Below, in pieces: positions 1 to 10,512 of a stretch of 64,000 bases of DNA. The stretch lies in contig DASZOL010000068.1 of the NCBI GenBank assembly GCA_035550795.1, positions 16,202-80,201 of the forward strand, read 5' to 3'. The notes beneath the pieces were generated by a model. It ran no database searches. It saw nothing but the letters and a program-made list of their open reading frames with translations, and was not told the origin of the DNA. A program made the translations under genes and the position numbers. This stretch comes from Candidatus Methylomirabilota bacterium (GTDB taxonomy: Bacteria > Methylomirabilota > Methylomirabilia > Rokubacteriales > DASRDR01). Every line of letters starts with the position of its first letter. Position 1 is the stretch's first letter.

Positions 1-279
1 CGCGTGCTGGGTCCCGGAGGTGACGAGGACGTGCTCGGGCGCGACCTCGTAGCGCTGCGACTCGACGATGCGCTGGCGGAGCGGCGGATAGCCGTAGCGG
101 CTGCCCGACTTCTCGAGCCGGAGGTCGAGCGGAATGCCGTCGAGGACGTCGCCGAGCGTGAGCACGCGGCCCTCGGGATCCACGAGCGAGTGCACGGTCC
201 AGACCTGGCGCGCGACGTCCCAGCCGCGGTCCCGCCCGATGTTGAAGAACTCCCCGAGCTTCCGGGACGCCATCTGCAT
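1..279 (-). CDS. PLP-dependent aminotransferase (class I/II-like), first 93 codons only; gene runs off the left edge
   Basis: Not in the ORF track because it is open at the window edge. The reverse complement of 1-279 reads MQMASRKLGEFFNIGRDRGW...SRYGYPPLRQRIVESQRYEVAPEHVLVTSGTQHA, an aminotransferase-type N-terminus. ATG at 279. GGAGG (complement of 287-291) lies 7 nt upstream. Confidence 0.55.
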   Translation of the reverse strand, partial: MQMASRKLGEFFNIGRDRGWDVARQVWTVHSLVDPEGRVLTLGDVLDGIPLDLRLEKSGSRYGYPPLRQRIVESQRYEVAPEHVLVTSGTQHA

Positions 280-291
280 CGCGATGCCTCC

Positions 292-1320
292 TCAGGCGGG
301 GCGGACGAACGGCTCGGTCGCCGGGAAGGGCGGCGCCGGCTCCGTGACCCAGCACTTCAGCAGGGCGTCCCCCGAGTTGACGACCTTGCGGGTCCAGACC
401 AGACGCACCAGCCCGCGGGCCGGCGCCCGGAGCACCTCCACGACGTCGCCGAAGACGTTCCAGATCTCGCCCAGCGTCTCGCTCTCCGTGACCGTCTGGC
501 CGACCTCCGCCGACAGGCGCACGAGCCCGCCCCGCCGCGCGTGCACCACGAACTGGCCGGTGCCGAGGAGCTGGCGGGCCGGCACCTCCGGATGCCCGGG
601 CACCATCCCCAGGTACCGCATGACGTTCGTGATCCCGCGAAGGTGGGTCCGCACGTCGGCGGGGTCGAGACCGTTGTCGCTGCCGCATTCCCCGAGGATG
701 GACGCGATCCCCCGCTTGGCCGCTTCCGTGGTCACCGTGCCCGTCGGGATCATCGGCGTGCCGTCCCGGAAGAGCGCGATGACGCCGGGGCTCCAGCAGC
801 GGGCCATGGCCTCGCCGGTCCGGTCGAGCTCGGCGTCGCCCGTCATGCGATAGGCGGCGTACGGCCAGAGCGCCTCGCCGAGGTCTCCTCCATGGCAGTC
901 GATGTGGTGGGTCGCCAGGCTCAGGATCTCGGTGAACAGCGTGTGGGCGATCAGCTCGGTGATCGTTCCGTCGGGCCGTCCGGGGGCGACGCGGTTGAGG
1001 TTCAGCCCGTCGATCGGCGAGACGAACCCCGAGCGGGCGGCGAACATCGGCAGGTTGGCGACGGGGACCGCGATCACTGTGCCGGTGAGGGCCGTCGGGT
1101 CGAGCTGGCGCGTGAGCTCGCGGACCGCGGTCTGCCCGGGATACTCAGTGGCGTGAACGCCACCGGTCAGGCAGAGCGTTGGCCCGGGCCGGGCGCCGTG
1201 GACGACGACCACGGGCAACTCGACCGGCCCGGCCCCCGTCTCGCCCACCTTGAGGAAGCCACGGCCCGTGGCGCCGCGCGCGACGACCAGGTCACGGATC
1301 CGGATGGCGTCGCGCGTCAT
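292..1320 (-). CDS. succinylglutamate desuccinylase/aspartoacylase family Zn hydrolase (AstE/AspA-like)
   Basis: 342-aa ORF. Has GGVHATEYPG (HxxE) and IDCHGG motifs typical of the family. ATGA overlap with the upstream amidohydrolase at 1317-1320. Confidence 0.75.
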   Translation of the reverse strand: MTRDAIRIRDLVVARGATGRGFLKVGETGAGPVELPVVVVHGARPGPTLCLTGGVHATEYPGQTAVRELTRQLDPTALTGTVIAVPVANLPMFAARSGFVSPIDGLNLNRVAPGRPDGTITELIAHTLFTEILSLATHHIDCHGGDLGEALWPYAAYRMTGDAELDRTGEAMARCWSPGVIALFRDGTPMIPTGTVTTEAAKRGIASILGECGSDNGLDPADVRTHLRGITNVMRYLGMVPGHPEVPARQLLGTGQFVVHARRGGLVRLSAEVGQTVTESETLGEIWNVFGDVVEVLRAPARGLVRLVWTRKVVNSGDALLKCWVTEPAPPFPATEPFVRPA

Positions 1321-2711
1321 GCGCCACCTCCTGCGGGCGGTCGGCCACCCCCGCCGAGGTCACTACCATGGGGCTCGGGACCGGTCAAGCAGCCGTCCAC
1401 TCCGGCGCCGTCGGCGTGACCCCGCGCGCGCCGGTCGACGGCGATGCGTCCCTCCTGCATCACGAGGAGGAGGCGCGCGGGGTCCTGCAGGACGCGGACG
1501 TCACGGTCCGGCTCGCCATCGACGATGAGGAGATCCGCGAGCTTGCCCGGCTCGAGGGTGCCCAGGCGGTCCCCCGCGCCCAGCGCCTCGGCGGCGTTCC
1601 GCGTCGCGCAGAGGAGCGCCTGCTCTGCCGACAGGCCGCGGTCGACCATCAGCTCGAGCTCGTAGGCGTTCTGCCCCCAGTAGTCGCGGAGGGATCGGTA
1701 CGTGTCCGTCCCGAGCGCCATCCTCACGCCGGCCTCGGACGCCCGCCGGAACCACTCGTCGCCCACCGCTGCGACGTGCTGGTACTTGCGGACGACGTCC
1801 GCAGGCGCCCGGCCGGCGGCGCGCCCCGTTCGCGCCCGCTCCGAGCGGATCGAGATGGTGGGCACCAGGAATGCGCCCGTCTCCAGGAACAGATCGAGGC
1901 ATTCCTCGTCGAGCTCGGTGCCGTGCTCGATGGTGTCGACGCCGGCCCGGAGCGCGCGCTTCGTGGCCTCCGCGGTGTGGCTGTGGACGGCCACCCGCTT
2001 GCCGACCGCGTGCGCCTCGTCGACGAGGGCGGCGAGCTCCTCGGCCGTGTAGTTCCGCCACCAGAGCTCCTCCTTGAGGCCGGCGGCCCCGCCGGACGCG
2101 GACGTCTTGAAGAGGTCGACGCCCAGCCGGATCTCGGCGCGGACCAGCCGGCGCACTGCCCAGGGCCCGTCCGCGTACACCGATTCGTCCCGCGGCCACG
2201 CGTCCGGGAGGGGGAGGTCGGAATGCCCGCCCGTCTGCCCGACCCAGCCGGCCGCGAAGATGCGGGGACCCGGCACGAGCCCGATCGCGACGGCCCGCCG
2301 GAGGGCCAGCACCTCGAGGTTGAGGGGATTGATGGGGCCGGCCAGGTCCCGCACGGTGGTGAAGCCCGCCCCGAGCATGAGCCGCGCGTTCTTCGCCGCG
2401 TGAAGCGTGAGGAGCTGGGTCCGGGCGGCCACCTCGGCCCAGATCGCGCTCGGCTCGTCGGGGTCGACCACACTGACGAGGTGGACGTGGAGGTCCATGA
2501 GCCCGGGCATGACCGTGGCTCTGCCCGCGTCAAGGCGCGGCCCGTCCCAGCCGGCGCACTCGGCCGCAGGCGCCACGCGCTCCACGCGGCCCTGCAGGAT
2601 CACGAGCGCCGTGTCTCGCCGGGCGCCGGCCCCGGTTCCGTCCCAGAGGCGGCCGGCCACCAGGAGGAGGCCGTCGCGTCGCGTCGTCTCGTGAGGGGCG
2701 GGGTCGGGCAT
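1317..2711 (-). CDS. amidohydrolase family protein (metal-dependent hydrolase)
   Basis: 464-aa ORF. Has PGLMDLHVHL (HxH), an internal AVHSHT motif and a C-terminal GTLEPGKLADLLIV signature of the amidohydrolase superfamily. Confidence 0.8.
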   Translation of the reverse strand: MPDPAPHETTRRDGLLLVAGRLWDGTGAGARRDTALVILQGRVERVAPAAECAGWDGPRLDAGRATVMPGLMDLHVHLVSVVDPDEPSAIWAEVAARTQLLTLHAAKNARLMLGAGFTTVRDLAGPINPLNLEVLALRRAVAIGLVPGPRIFAAGWVGQTGGHSDLPLPDAWPRDESVYADGPWAVRRLVRAEIRLGVDLFKTSASGGAAGLKEELWWRNYTAEELAALVDEAHAVGKRVAVHSHTAEATKRALRAGVDTIEHGTELDEECLDLFLETGAFLVPTISIRSERARTGRAAGRAPADVVRKYQHVAAVGDEWFRRASEAGVRMALGTDTYRSLRDYWGQNAYELELMVDRGLSAEQALLCATRNAAEALGAGDRLGTLEPGKLADLLIVDGEPDRDVRVLQDPARLLLVMQEGRIAVDRRARGHADGAGVDGCLTGPEPHGSDLGGGGRPPAGGGA

Positions 2712-2746
2712 CAGCCGCTAGCTTGCGGTGACCTGGTACACCCTGG

Positions 2747-3394
2747 TCAAGGACCGGTCCAGTCGAACGGGATGTGCTTGCTCGAGCTCGTCGTCCACTG
2801 AAACTTGTAGTCGAACGCATCCACGGAGCAGACCGTCGACCTCCCCCAGGTCACGAGCTGCGGGCCGGGTCCTGTCTCGCAGCCGGGCGCGTTCATGAGC
2901 TGCGGATACCTTCCCGGCAGGCTCGTCGGCCCCGTCAGCGCCTTCGCCCAGGCCTTCACCTTTCCGGCGATCTCCGCGCCCCAGTGGGCTCGGTCGGGCG
3001 CGATCTCGAAGGCAATCCGCGCGCGTTCCACTCCACGAACCCGACGGCCTTCGGCGAACAGGCCAGCGACCTGGGCGGGGAAGCCTCCGGCGCGGCCCCC
3101 GAAGATGATCGGAAGCGCGTCCGCCTGGCGCTCGTCGGCGCGCTCGTCGATGAAGAGACCGGCCGTTCCCATGGCCTTCCCCGCCCAGAGATCGCCCTCC
3201 CATCGGCCTACCCGGACGAAGCTGAGGCCGTCGAGGTTGACGTCCCCGTAGTGGCCACGCTCGATGTGCCAGAAGAGGACCGACTCGCAGAAGCCATTGT
3301 CCGGGGGCTGAGCGAACGTGCACGGGCACGCGACGGCACAGCTACAGTTATCGAACCAGTCTCCCGCGACGTGCCACCTGGGAATCTCGGTCAT
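2747..3394 (-). CDS. DUF1326 domain protein
   Basis: The ORF is 2747-3463. The internal Met at 3394 gives MTEIPRWHVAGDWFDNCSCAVACPCTF..., the Cys-rich N-terminal signature I recognise from DUF1326. The upstream 23 codons are Arg/Ala-rich. Confidence 0.7.
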   Translation of the reverse strand: MTEIPRWHVAGDWFDNCSCAVACPCTFAQPPDNGFCESVLFWHIERGHYGDVNLDGLSFVRVGRWEGDLWAGKAMGTAGLFIDERADERQADALPIIFGGRAGGFPAQVAGLFAEGRRVRGVERARIAFEIAPDRAHWGAEIAGKVKAWAKALTGPTSLPGRYPQLMNAPGCETGPGPQLVTWGRSTVCSVDAFDYKFQWTTSSSKHIPFDWTGP

Positions 3395-3697
3395 GCCGAC
3401 CTCCGTTCGTGGGCGAGCTATCCCTCGACGAGCCGCCCGCGCCGCAGGGGACCGGCGGCACATCGGGTCGATGTCCTCTCGATCGGAGGGCGCGCGCCAC
3501 GATGTGACGGTGCCGATTCAAGGACTCGCCGGCCCGGACTGCCGGTTCACGGGCCGGCCGGTTCTCGGGAGCCCCGCCGACGTCCGGGGGAACCGGGTGC
3601 TTGGCCATCCGGTTCACGCGGCCTTGGCCCGGCACCGGCGCGGCGGGCGGACCCCCCGAAACCCGGTCGAAGACGATTGAGGCGCCACCTCTCGGTT

Positions 3698-4687
3698 TCA
3701 GTGGATCAGCTCCGTCGCCCGGAGGAGGACGGACTGCGGGATGGTCAGTCCGAGGGCCTTGGCGGCCTTCAGGTTGATGACCAGATCGAACTTGGCCGGG
3801 CGCTCGACGGGCAGGTCGGCCGGCTTCGCGCCTTTGAGGATGCGGTCGACGAAGTAGGCGGCCCGCCGGTGCATGTCCGCGTAGCTGGGTCCGAAGGACA
3901 TGAGCCCGCCGGCCTCGACCAGCTCCCGGTAGGCGTGCACGCCGGGGAGGCGCTGCTGGGCGGCGAAGTCCATGATGAGCGTGCGGTGCTGCAAGAAGAG
4001 CCGATCCGCCAGCACCAGCAGCGCGCCTGGTCGCTCCTTGACGATCGCGGCGAAGGCGCCGAGGATCTCTTCCAAGCTCCGCACCCCGAGGGACAATACT
4101 TTCACTTGCAGCATGCCGGCGGCGGCCTGGGTCTGTTTCTCCGCCAGCACTTGCAGCGGGCTGGCCGCGTTCCAGAGCACGGCGACGTGCGAGACGTTGG
4201 GGACCACTTCGCCCAGCAGCTCTAACCGCTTCCCGTCCATTTCCGTCGAGATCGAGGTTAACCCGGTGATGTTCCCCCCCGGATGACTGAGGGACGGCAC
4301 GATGCCCGTCCCGACGGGATCGCCGACGGCGATCATGACGAGGGGGACCGATGTGGTCGCCTTCTTGACGGCCAGGGTGGCGGGCGTCCCAGCGGTCACG
4401 ATTACGTCGACCTTCGCAACGAGCAGCTCACCGATGAGCGCAGGAAGGCGGTCGTATCGACCTTCGAGCCACCGATATTCGATCACGATGTCTCGACCCT
4501 CGACGTGCCCGAGGGCCCGCAACCCCTCGCGGAAGGGCCCGACGAGATTGGCCTCCAGGGCCTCGGTGGTGTTTCCCAGGAATCCGATCCGATACGGCTT
4601 TCCCGCCGGCTGCCCGCGCGCGGCGGACGGCGCGGCGGCGAGGACGAAGGTCAGGATCGTGGCGAGCGCGGGGAGCCGCAGCGTCAT
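3698..4687 (-). CDS. ABC transporter substrate-binding protein (ABC_sub_bind/PF04392-like)
   Basis: The internal Met at 4687 gives the signal peptide MTLRLPALATILTFVLAAAPSAARG. It is followed by YRIGFLGN...GNITGL...VINLKAAKALGLTIP, typical of this family. Confidence 0.75.
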   Translation of the reverse strand: MTLRLPALATILTFVLAAAPSAARGQPAGKPYRIGFLGNTTEALEANLVGPFREGLRALGHVEGRDIVIEYRWLEGRYDRLPALIGELLVAKVDVIVTAGTPATLAVKKATTSVPLVMIAVGDPVGTGIVPSLSHPGGNITGLTSISTEMDGKRLELLGEVVPNVSHVAVLWNAASPLQVLAEKQTQAAAGMLQVKVLSLGVRSLEEILGAFAAIVKERPGALLVLADRLFLQHRTLIMDFAAQQRLPGVHAYRELVEAGGLMSFGPSYADMHRRAAYFVDRILKGAKPADLPVERPAKFDLVINLKAAKALGLTIPQSVLLRATELIH

Positions 4688-5067
4688 GGGTACCTCTTCC
4701 GGGCATCTGCTCGCGTTCGTGGGGTCGAGCTCCCGGCGCGCGGGGAGCAGGTCCGCCTCCAGGTTGTCCTTCGTCACTGCGATCAGCCGCCCAGCGACAG
4801 CCCGACCACATCGACCCGATCGAGCTCGGGCGCGTCCAGCACGACAGCGTGGCGCCTACGATACCATGGCGTCCGCACGCGGCTGGGACCACCGGCGCGC
4901 GGGCAGGCAGCGCGGGGCGGGCGTCGCCCGCACGCCGCCCCCCGGCTATACTGCGCCCAAGGTCGGGACCACGGACTCGCGCCCCTGGCTGAGAGCCGGT
5001 CGGAGTGGGGCGCGAAGCGCGCTCGAGCGGGTCCCGGGCGAAACGGACGCCAGACATCGGAGCGGCG

Positions 5068-6096
5068 ATGCTCTTCCCGACGACGCTCGTTGGCAGCTAC
5101 CCGCAGCCTGAATGGCTGATCGACCGCCAGCGACTGGCCGGACGGTTCCCGCCCCGCGTGCGGGCCCGGGAGCTGTGGCGGGTGGGAGAGGCGTGGCTCC
5201 GGGAGGCGCAGGACGACGCCACCCTGCTGGCGATCCAAGCGCAGGAGGCGGCGGGGCTCGACATCCTCACCGACGGCGAGATCCGGCGGGAGAGCTACTC
5301 GAACCGCTTCGCCACGGCTCTCGACGGCGTCGACGTCGACAACCCGGGCACGGCGCTGGATCGTTCGGGCCACCCGAACCCGGTGCCGAGGATCGTGGGG
5401 CCGGTCCGGCGCCGGCATCCGGTCGAGGTGGAGGACGTGCGCTTTCTGCGCGCGCACACGACCAGGCCGATCAAGATGACCGTGCCGGGCCCCTTCACCA
5501 TGAGCCAGCAGGCGCAGAACGACTTCTACCCGAGCGAGGAGGCGGCGGCGATGGACTACGCCGCCGCCGTGAACGAGGAGATCCGTGACCTCTTCGCCGC
5601 CGGCGCCGACGTCGTGCAGGTCGACGAGCCGTACCTGCAGGCGCGACCCGAGAAGGCGCGACAGTACGGGCTGAGCGCTCTGAACCGCGCCCTAGAGGGC
5701 GCGGGGGGCACGACGGCCGTCCACATCTGCTTCGGCTACGCCGCGATCATCCACCAGCGGCCTTCGGCCTACTCGTTCCTGCCGGAGCTGGCCGGCTGCA
5801 GCTGTGGTCAGGTGTCGGTCGAGACCGCCCAATCCGGGCTCGACTGCGCGGTGCTGGAGAAGCTCGCCGGGAAGCAGATCCTGCTGGGGTGTCTCGACCT
5901 GAGGGACCCGGCGGTCGAGACGCCGGAGACGGTGGCGGCCCGCGTCCGGCGGGCGCTGCCCCACGTCGCCGCGGAGAACGTGATCCTGGCCCCAGACTGC
6001 GGGATGAAGTACCTGCCGCGCGGCGTGGCGCTCGGCAAGATGCAGGCGATGGTGGCGGCAGCGAGGATCCTGCGGGCGGAGCACGGCTCCAGGTGA
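5068..6096 (+). CDS. cobalamin-independent methionine synthase catalytic-domain family protein (MetE C-terminal-like, single domain)
   Basis: MLFPTTLVGSYPQPEWL start at the Met at 5068. Zn-ligand-like motifs VHICFG (HxC) and APDCGMK (DCG) are retained. Confidence 0.75.
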   Translation: MLFPTTLVGSYPQPEWLIDRQRLAGRFPPRVRARELWRVGEAWLREAQDDATLLAIQAQEAAGLDILTDGEIRRESYSNRFATALDGVDVDNPGTALDRSGHPNPVPRIVGPVRRRHPVEVEDVRFLRAHTTRPIKMTVPGPFTMSQQAQNDFYPSEEAAAMDYAAAVNEEIRDLFAAGADVVQVDEPYLQARPEKARQYGLSALNRALEGAGGTTAVHICFGYAAIIHQRPSAYSFLPELAGCSCGQVSVETAQSGLDCAVLEKLAGKQILLGCLDLRDPAVETPETVAARVRRALPHVAAENVILAPDCGMKYLPRGVALGKMQAMVAAARILRAEHGSR

Positions 6097-6169
6097 GGGG
6101 TCTCGGGCGACGCGACGTCGCGCCGCGCGCAGGCGCGCGAGCGGCGCCGGGGTCGGGGAGGCACTGACC

Positions 6170-7204
6170 ATGACAGCGGTCATGCGCGCGCGGCGAAGCG
6201 TGGCGATCCTGGGGGCGGTGGCGCTCGGTGCGCTCGGGTTCGGCCTCGGCCGGGCCGCGACGGCGCCCGCCGCCAGCATCGGCGCCAATCCGCCGGGAAC
6301 GGTCTTCTACGCGGTGGCGAGCGGCCTGGCCAAGGTCGTCACCGAGGCGGGAGCGGCGCGCCTCACCGTGCAGCCCTACACGGGATCCAGCACGTTCATG
6401 CCGCTCATGGAGACTGGCGAGCTCGAGTTCGGGGTGGTCAACGCGGTCGACATGGGCCTGGCTTTCCGGGCGCCCGGGTTCAAGATCGGCGGTCGGAACC
6501 CGTATTCCCCCACGCCCGGAATCCGGCTCGTCATGCGCGGCTCCCCGCTCCTAATTGCGCTCCTGGTCAAGAAGGACTCGCCGATCCGGACCGTCCAGGA
6601 CGTCAGGGGCAAGCGCGTGACCGGCGAGTACCCGGCCCACCTGGCGGTCTGGTACAACGTGTTCGGGCTCCTGGCGAGCGGCGGTCTGACCTGGAGCGAC
6701 GTCAAGGTCGTGCCGGTGCCGGCGGTCAACGACGGGCTCGAGGCTCTCGTGCAGGGTCGGGCCGACGTGAGCGCGTTCGCCCTCGGCGGCGCGAAGGTCA
6801 AGGAGGCCGATGCCTCCGTCGGCATCCGGTTCCTCTCCACCGACTGCTCGCCGGACGGCGAGGCTCGGCTCCGCAAGGCGGTGCCCGGGTACTATCCGCG
6901 CTGGGCCAAGGCAGGGAGCTCGACGGGGATCGTCGAGGAGACGTGCCTCGTCGCCTACGACCTCTACCTCGGGACCGGGCGAGGGGTCCCCGATGCGGCG
7001 GTCGAGGCGGTCCTCAAGGGCGTCTGGGAGAACGTCGACAAGCTCGCCCCGGTTCATCCCGTGCTCAAGGAATGGACGCGCGAGCGGGCCGTGGATCCCG
7101 ACGTGACGATTCCCTACCACCCGGGCGCCGTCCGCTTCTATCGCGAGCGGGGCGTGTGGAAGCCCGCGATGGACCAGATCCAGCAGCGGCTCCTCGGATC
7201 GTAA
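6170..7204 (+). CDS. TAXI-family TRAP transporter solute-binding subunit
   Basis: Signal peptide, then GTVFYAVASGLAKVV...VQPYTGSSTFMPLMETGELEFGVVNAVD and a C-terminal HPGAVRFYRERG, all typical TAXI features. Confidence 0.8.
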   Translation: MTAVMRARRSVAILGAVALGALGFGLGRAATAPAASIGANPPGTVFYAVASGLAKVVTEAGAARLTVQPYTGSSTFMPLMETGELEFGVVNAVDMGLAFRAPGFKIGGRNPYSPTPGIRLVMRGSPLLIALLVKKDSPIRTVQDVRGKRVTGEYPAHLAVWYNVFGLLASGGLTWSDVKVVPVPAVNDGLEALVQGRADVSAFALGGAKVKEADASVGIRFLSTDCSPDGEARLRKAVPGYYPRWAKAGSSTGIVEETCLVAYDLYLGTGRGVPDAAVEAVLKGVWENVDKLAPVHPVLKEWTRERAVDPDVTIPYHPGAVRFYRERGVWKPAMDQIQQRLLGS

Positions 7205-7244
7205 GACCGGGCCATTCACGACGCGTTGCTGCCCTGGGCGGGTC

Positions 7245-9316
7245 ATGACGCAGCGAGGAGCTCCGCGGCCTCCGCGCGGCCCGGAGCGCGGACGCCGGTG
7301 CGGCCGGGCTAAACGCATGCATCCTCGCCCGCCCCCGATTGCGCCTCCGGCGACCCTCGAGGGCTCGACGCGCTTCCGAACGCTCACCGGCCCGGCGCGC
7401 CATGTCGAGCGCGTGCTGCTCGGCGCGCTCACCCTGGTGGGCGTCGGCTGGGCCCTCGAGGTCCAGCACTGGGTGGGTGTCGCCGTGTTCAAGGAGCAGT
7501 ACCTCGGGCTCTTCCTCGCCCTCGTGCTGGCCGGGGTCTTCGTGGCGACGCGGGCGCATCCGCGGGCTTCCGGCGCGCGTGTGCCCTGGTATGACTGGCT
7601 CCTGGCCACGGGCGGGCTGGCCGTCGGCCTGTACGTGGCCCTCCGCTACCCGACGGTCGCCTACACGCTGGGCGCCATTACGCCGGACAAGGTCGTGCTG
7701 GGCGCCCTCGCGATCCTGCTCGTGCTGGAGGCGACGCGCCGGCTCTGCGGCTGGGCGCTCGTGTGGGTCGCGCTCGTCTGTCTTGGCTACGCGAAGTTCG
7801 CGACGCTCCTGCCGGAGCCCCTCGCCGCCAAGAGCGCCGGCTGGGCGCGGCTCGCCGTTTACCTCTACCTCGACGCGAACGGGCTCTTCGGCATCGCCCT
7901 CACGGTGGCGGCGAGCGTCGTCGTCGCGTTCGTGCTCTTCGGACAGGCATTGAGCGCGGTCGGCGGGGACCGCTTCCTCACGGACCTGGCGCTGGTCGCG
8001 ATGGGCCGCTACCGGGGCGGCCCCGCCAAGGTGGCCGTCGTCTCGTCGACGCTCTTCGGCACGGTGTCGGGCAGCGCGGTGTCGAACGTCGTGATCGACG
8101 GCGCGCTCACGATCCCGATGATGAAGCGGGCCGGGTACCCGCCGCATCTCGCGGCGGCGATCGAGGCGGTGGCGTCGAACGGGGGCCAGATCATGCCGCC
8201 GGTGATGGGGGCGGCGGCGTTCCTCATCGCCGAGTTCCTGGGTCTCTCGTACGGCGAGGTGGCGCTCGCGGCCGCGATCCCGGCCTTCTCTACTACCTGG
8301 CGCTGTTCGTCCAGGTCGACCTGGAGGCGGCCAAGCGGGGCCTGTCAGGGCTGCCCGCCGCCGAGCTTCCCCGGCTTGGCCGCGTCCTCCGGATGGGCGG
8401 GGCGTTCGTGGTGCCGCTCGGCGTCCTCGTCTACACGCTCATGGTCGCCGCGTGGGAGCCCGGCCAGGCGGGACTGGCTGCGGTCGCCGTGACGTTCGGG
8501 GTGGGCGCGCTTGGGGCCGGCGGGACGCGGCGACCGAGCCTCCAGGGCGTCGTGACGGCCGCGGTGGAGGCGGGCCGCACGATGCTCGACCTCACGGTCG
8601 TCACCGCGCTGGCGGGGCTGGTCATCGGAGCCCTCCAGCTGTCGGGCTTCACGTCGAAGCTGCCGCTCCTGCTGATCGGCGTCGCCGGTGAGCACGTCCT
8701 CGCGCTGCTGGTCCTGACGGCCGTCGTCAGCATCGTTCTCGGGATGTCGCTGCCGACCACCGTGGTGTACATCACGCTCGCGGTCCTGGTCGGCCCGGGG
8801 CTCACGCAGCTCGGGATCCTGCCCCTCGCGGCTCATCTCTTCCTCTTCTACTTCGGCATGCTCTCGCTCATCACACCACCCGATTGTCTCGCCACCTACA
8901 CGGCGGCTGCCATCGCGCGGGCCGACTTCTGGAAGACGGGCTGGGCCGGCATGCGGCTCGGCATCGTGGCGTACGTTGTCCCGTTCGCCTTTGTCTTCCA
9001 GCCGGCCCTGCTCGGGAGGGCGCCGGCGGCCGAGGTCGTCGCGGCGGTCTTGGCGGCGGCAGCCGGCGTGGTGGTGCTGTCCGCAGGCTGCGTGGGCCAC
9101 CTCGTCCGTCCGCTCGGACGGGCCACGCGCAGCGTGCTGGTCCTGGCGGGGCTCCTCGCGCTCGTGTGCGCCGGCGGACCGGTCCGCCTCCTCGGGCTCG
9201 CCGGTCTCGCTGTCGGCCTGTTCCTCGTCCTGTGGGAATCGGTTGCGGCTCGGTTCCCCCGCCGCACCTACGCTCAACCGGGGCACGAGCGCCCCGCCAC
9301 CCGGGAGATCCGATGA
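7245..9316 (+). pseudogene. TRAP transporter fused (4TM/12TM) permease, interrupted by a 1-nt frameshift near 8285
   Basis: The permease sequence runs in ORF 7245-8492 up to ...EVALAAAIPA. It continues without loss of similarity in ORF 7763-9316 from LLYYLALFVQVDLEAAK. The junction GGCC|TTCTC at 8282-8290 fits one missing C. The start could also be the ATG at 7317. Confidence 0.7.
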
Positions 9317-10326
9317 AGATCGACGTCTTTCCCCACATCTTCCCCGCGCGCTTCTTCGAGCGGATGTGCGAGATCGTGTCGCCGTCCCACTACATGCAGA
9401 AGCGCACGCGCGCGATCCCGGTGCTGACCGACCTCGACCTGCGCTTCCGGATCATGGACCGCTACGAGGGCTACGTGCAGGTGCTGACGCTGTGCTCCCC
9501 ACCGATCGAGGCGGTCGCCGGCCCGGAGCTGGCGGCGGAGCTGGCGCGCCTCGCCAACGACGGCATGGCCGAGCTCGTCGAGCGCCACCCCGACCGGTTT
9601 CCGGGGTTCGTGGCGTCGCTTCCGATGAACAATCCCGACGCCTCGCTTCGCGAGATCGATCGGGCCATCAACGACCTCCGGGCGACCGGCGTGCAGATCT
9701 TCTCGAACGTCAACGGCGAGCCGCTCGACGCGCCCGCCTACCGGCCGATCTTCGAGCGCATGGCCGCGCACCGCCTCCCGATCTGGATGCACCCGGCCCG
9801 CCCGGCCGCGTTTCCCGACTACCAGGGAGAGTCGCGGTCCAGGTTCGACATCTGGTGGGCCTTCGGCTGGCCCTACGAGACGAGCGCCGCCATGGCCCGG
9901 CTGGTGTTCGACGGGGTCTTCGAGCGCTTCCCCGACCTCGTGATCATCACGCATCACATGGGCGCGATGATCCCCCACTTCGAGGGACGGGTGGGCTACG
10001 GGCTCGACCAGCTCGGCACCCGGACCGACGATCCCGACGACCTCGGGGCGGCGCGCCGCCTCACCGGGCGGCCGGTCGACCACTTCCGGAAGTTCTACGG
10101 CGACACCGCGCTGTTTGGCGCCGCGCACGCCATGGAGTGCGGCCTGGCCTTCTTCGGCGCGGACCGCGTCCTCTTCGGCACCGACATGCCCTTCGATCCC
10201 GAGCGGGGTCCCGGGTTCATCCGGGAGACCATTGCCGCGATGGAGCGCATGCGGGCGACGCCGGCGGAGAAGGCGAAGATCTACGAGGGGAATGCCCGCC
10301 GCATGCTGCGGCTGCGGCTTCCCTGA
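9313..10326 (+). CDS. amidohydrolase 2 (ACMSD-like decarboxylase/hydrolase) family protein
   Basis: MKIDVFPHIFP start and a C-terminal VLFGTDMPFD motif. ATGA overlap with the permease stop at 9313-9316. Confidence 0.8.
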   Translation: MKIDVFPHIFPARFFERMCEIVSPSHYMQKRTRAIPVLTDLDLRFRIMDRYEGYVQVLTLCSPPIEAVAGPELAAELARLANDGMAELVERHPDRFPGFVASLPMNNPDASLREIDRAINDLRATGVQIFSNVNGEPLDAPAYRPIFERMAAHRLPIWMHPARPAAFPDYQGESRSRFDIWWAFGWPYETSAAMARLVFDGVFERFPDLVIITHHMGAMIPHFEGRVGYGLDQLGTRTDDPDDLGAARRLTGRPVDHFRKFYGDTALFGAAHAMECGLAFFGADRVLFGTDMPFDPERGPGFIRETIAAMERMRATPAEKAKIYEGNARRMLRLRLP

Positions 10327-10512
10327 GGGGGTGGCGGACCGGGCCGCGCAGCACTGGTATGATCGTCCCATCCGAGCGAGCCGCCCGGCCGCGTTGAGAG
10401 AGAGCCACGAGGGAGTGAGATCGGTCGCACGGCCGGACGCGTCGGTCGATCCGCCAGTCCGGAGCCGGCGCGCCGCGACCGGATGCGCGACCAGATGGAT
10501 GGAGGACGCCCC

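Noticed and set aside
4-1419. 471-aa plus-strand ORF at the left edge.
   Set aside because: It is antisense to the AstE-like, aminotransferase and amidohydrolase genes. Its composition is low-complexity (R, D, G, P, A) and it has no recognisable motifs.
3395-3697. ORFs 3318-3680 (+) and 3348-3635 (-) in the gap between the DUF1326 and binding-protein genes.
   Set aside because: They overlap each other, have no Shine-Dalgarno sequence and no recognisable motifs, and are rich in Arg, Pro and Gly. They are probably non-coding.
4940-5067. Possible cobalamin or SAM riboswitch in the roughly 115-nt leader of the MetE-like gene, downstream of a TATACT box at 4946-4951.
   Set aside because: I could not find a B12-box-like element or SAM-riboswitch core motifs by eye. 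A covariance-model scan would be needed. Left unannotated.
8270-8300. Programmed -1 ribosomal frameshifting as the explanation for the split TRAP permease.
   Set aside because: There is no X XXY YYZ slippery heptamer at the junction and no evident downstream structure. A simple 1-nt indel (mutation or sequencing error) is more parsimonious.
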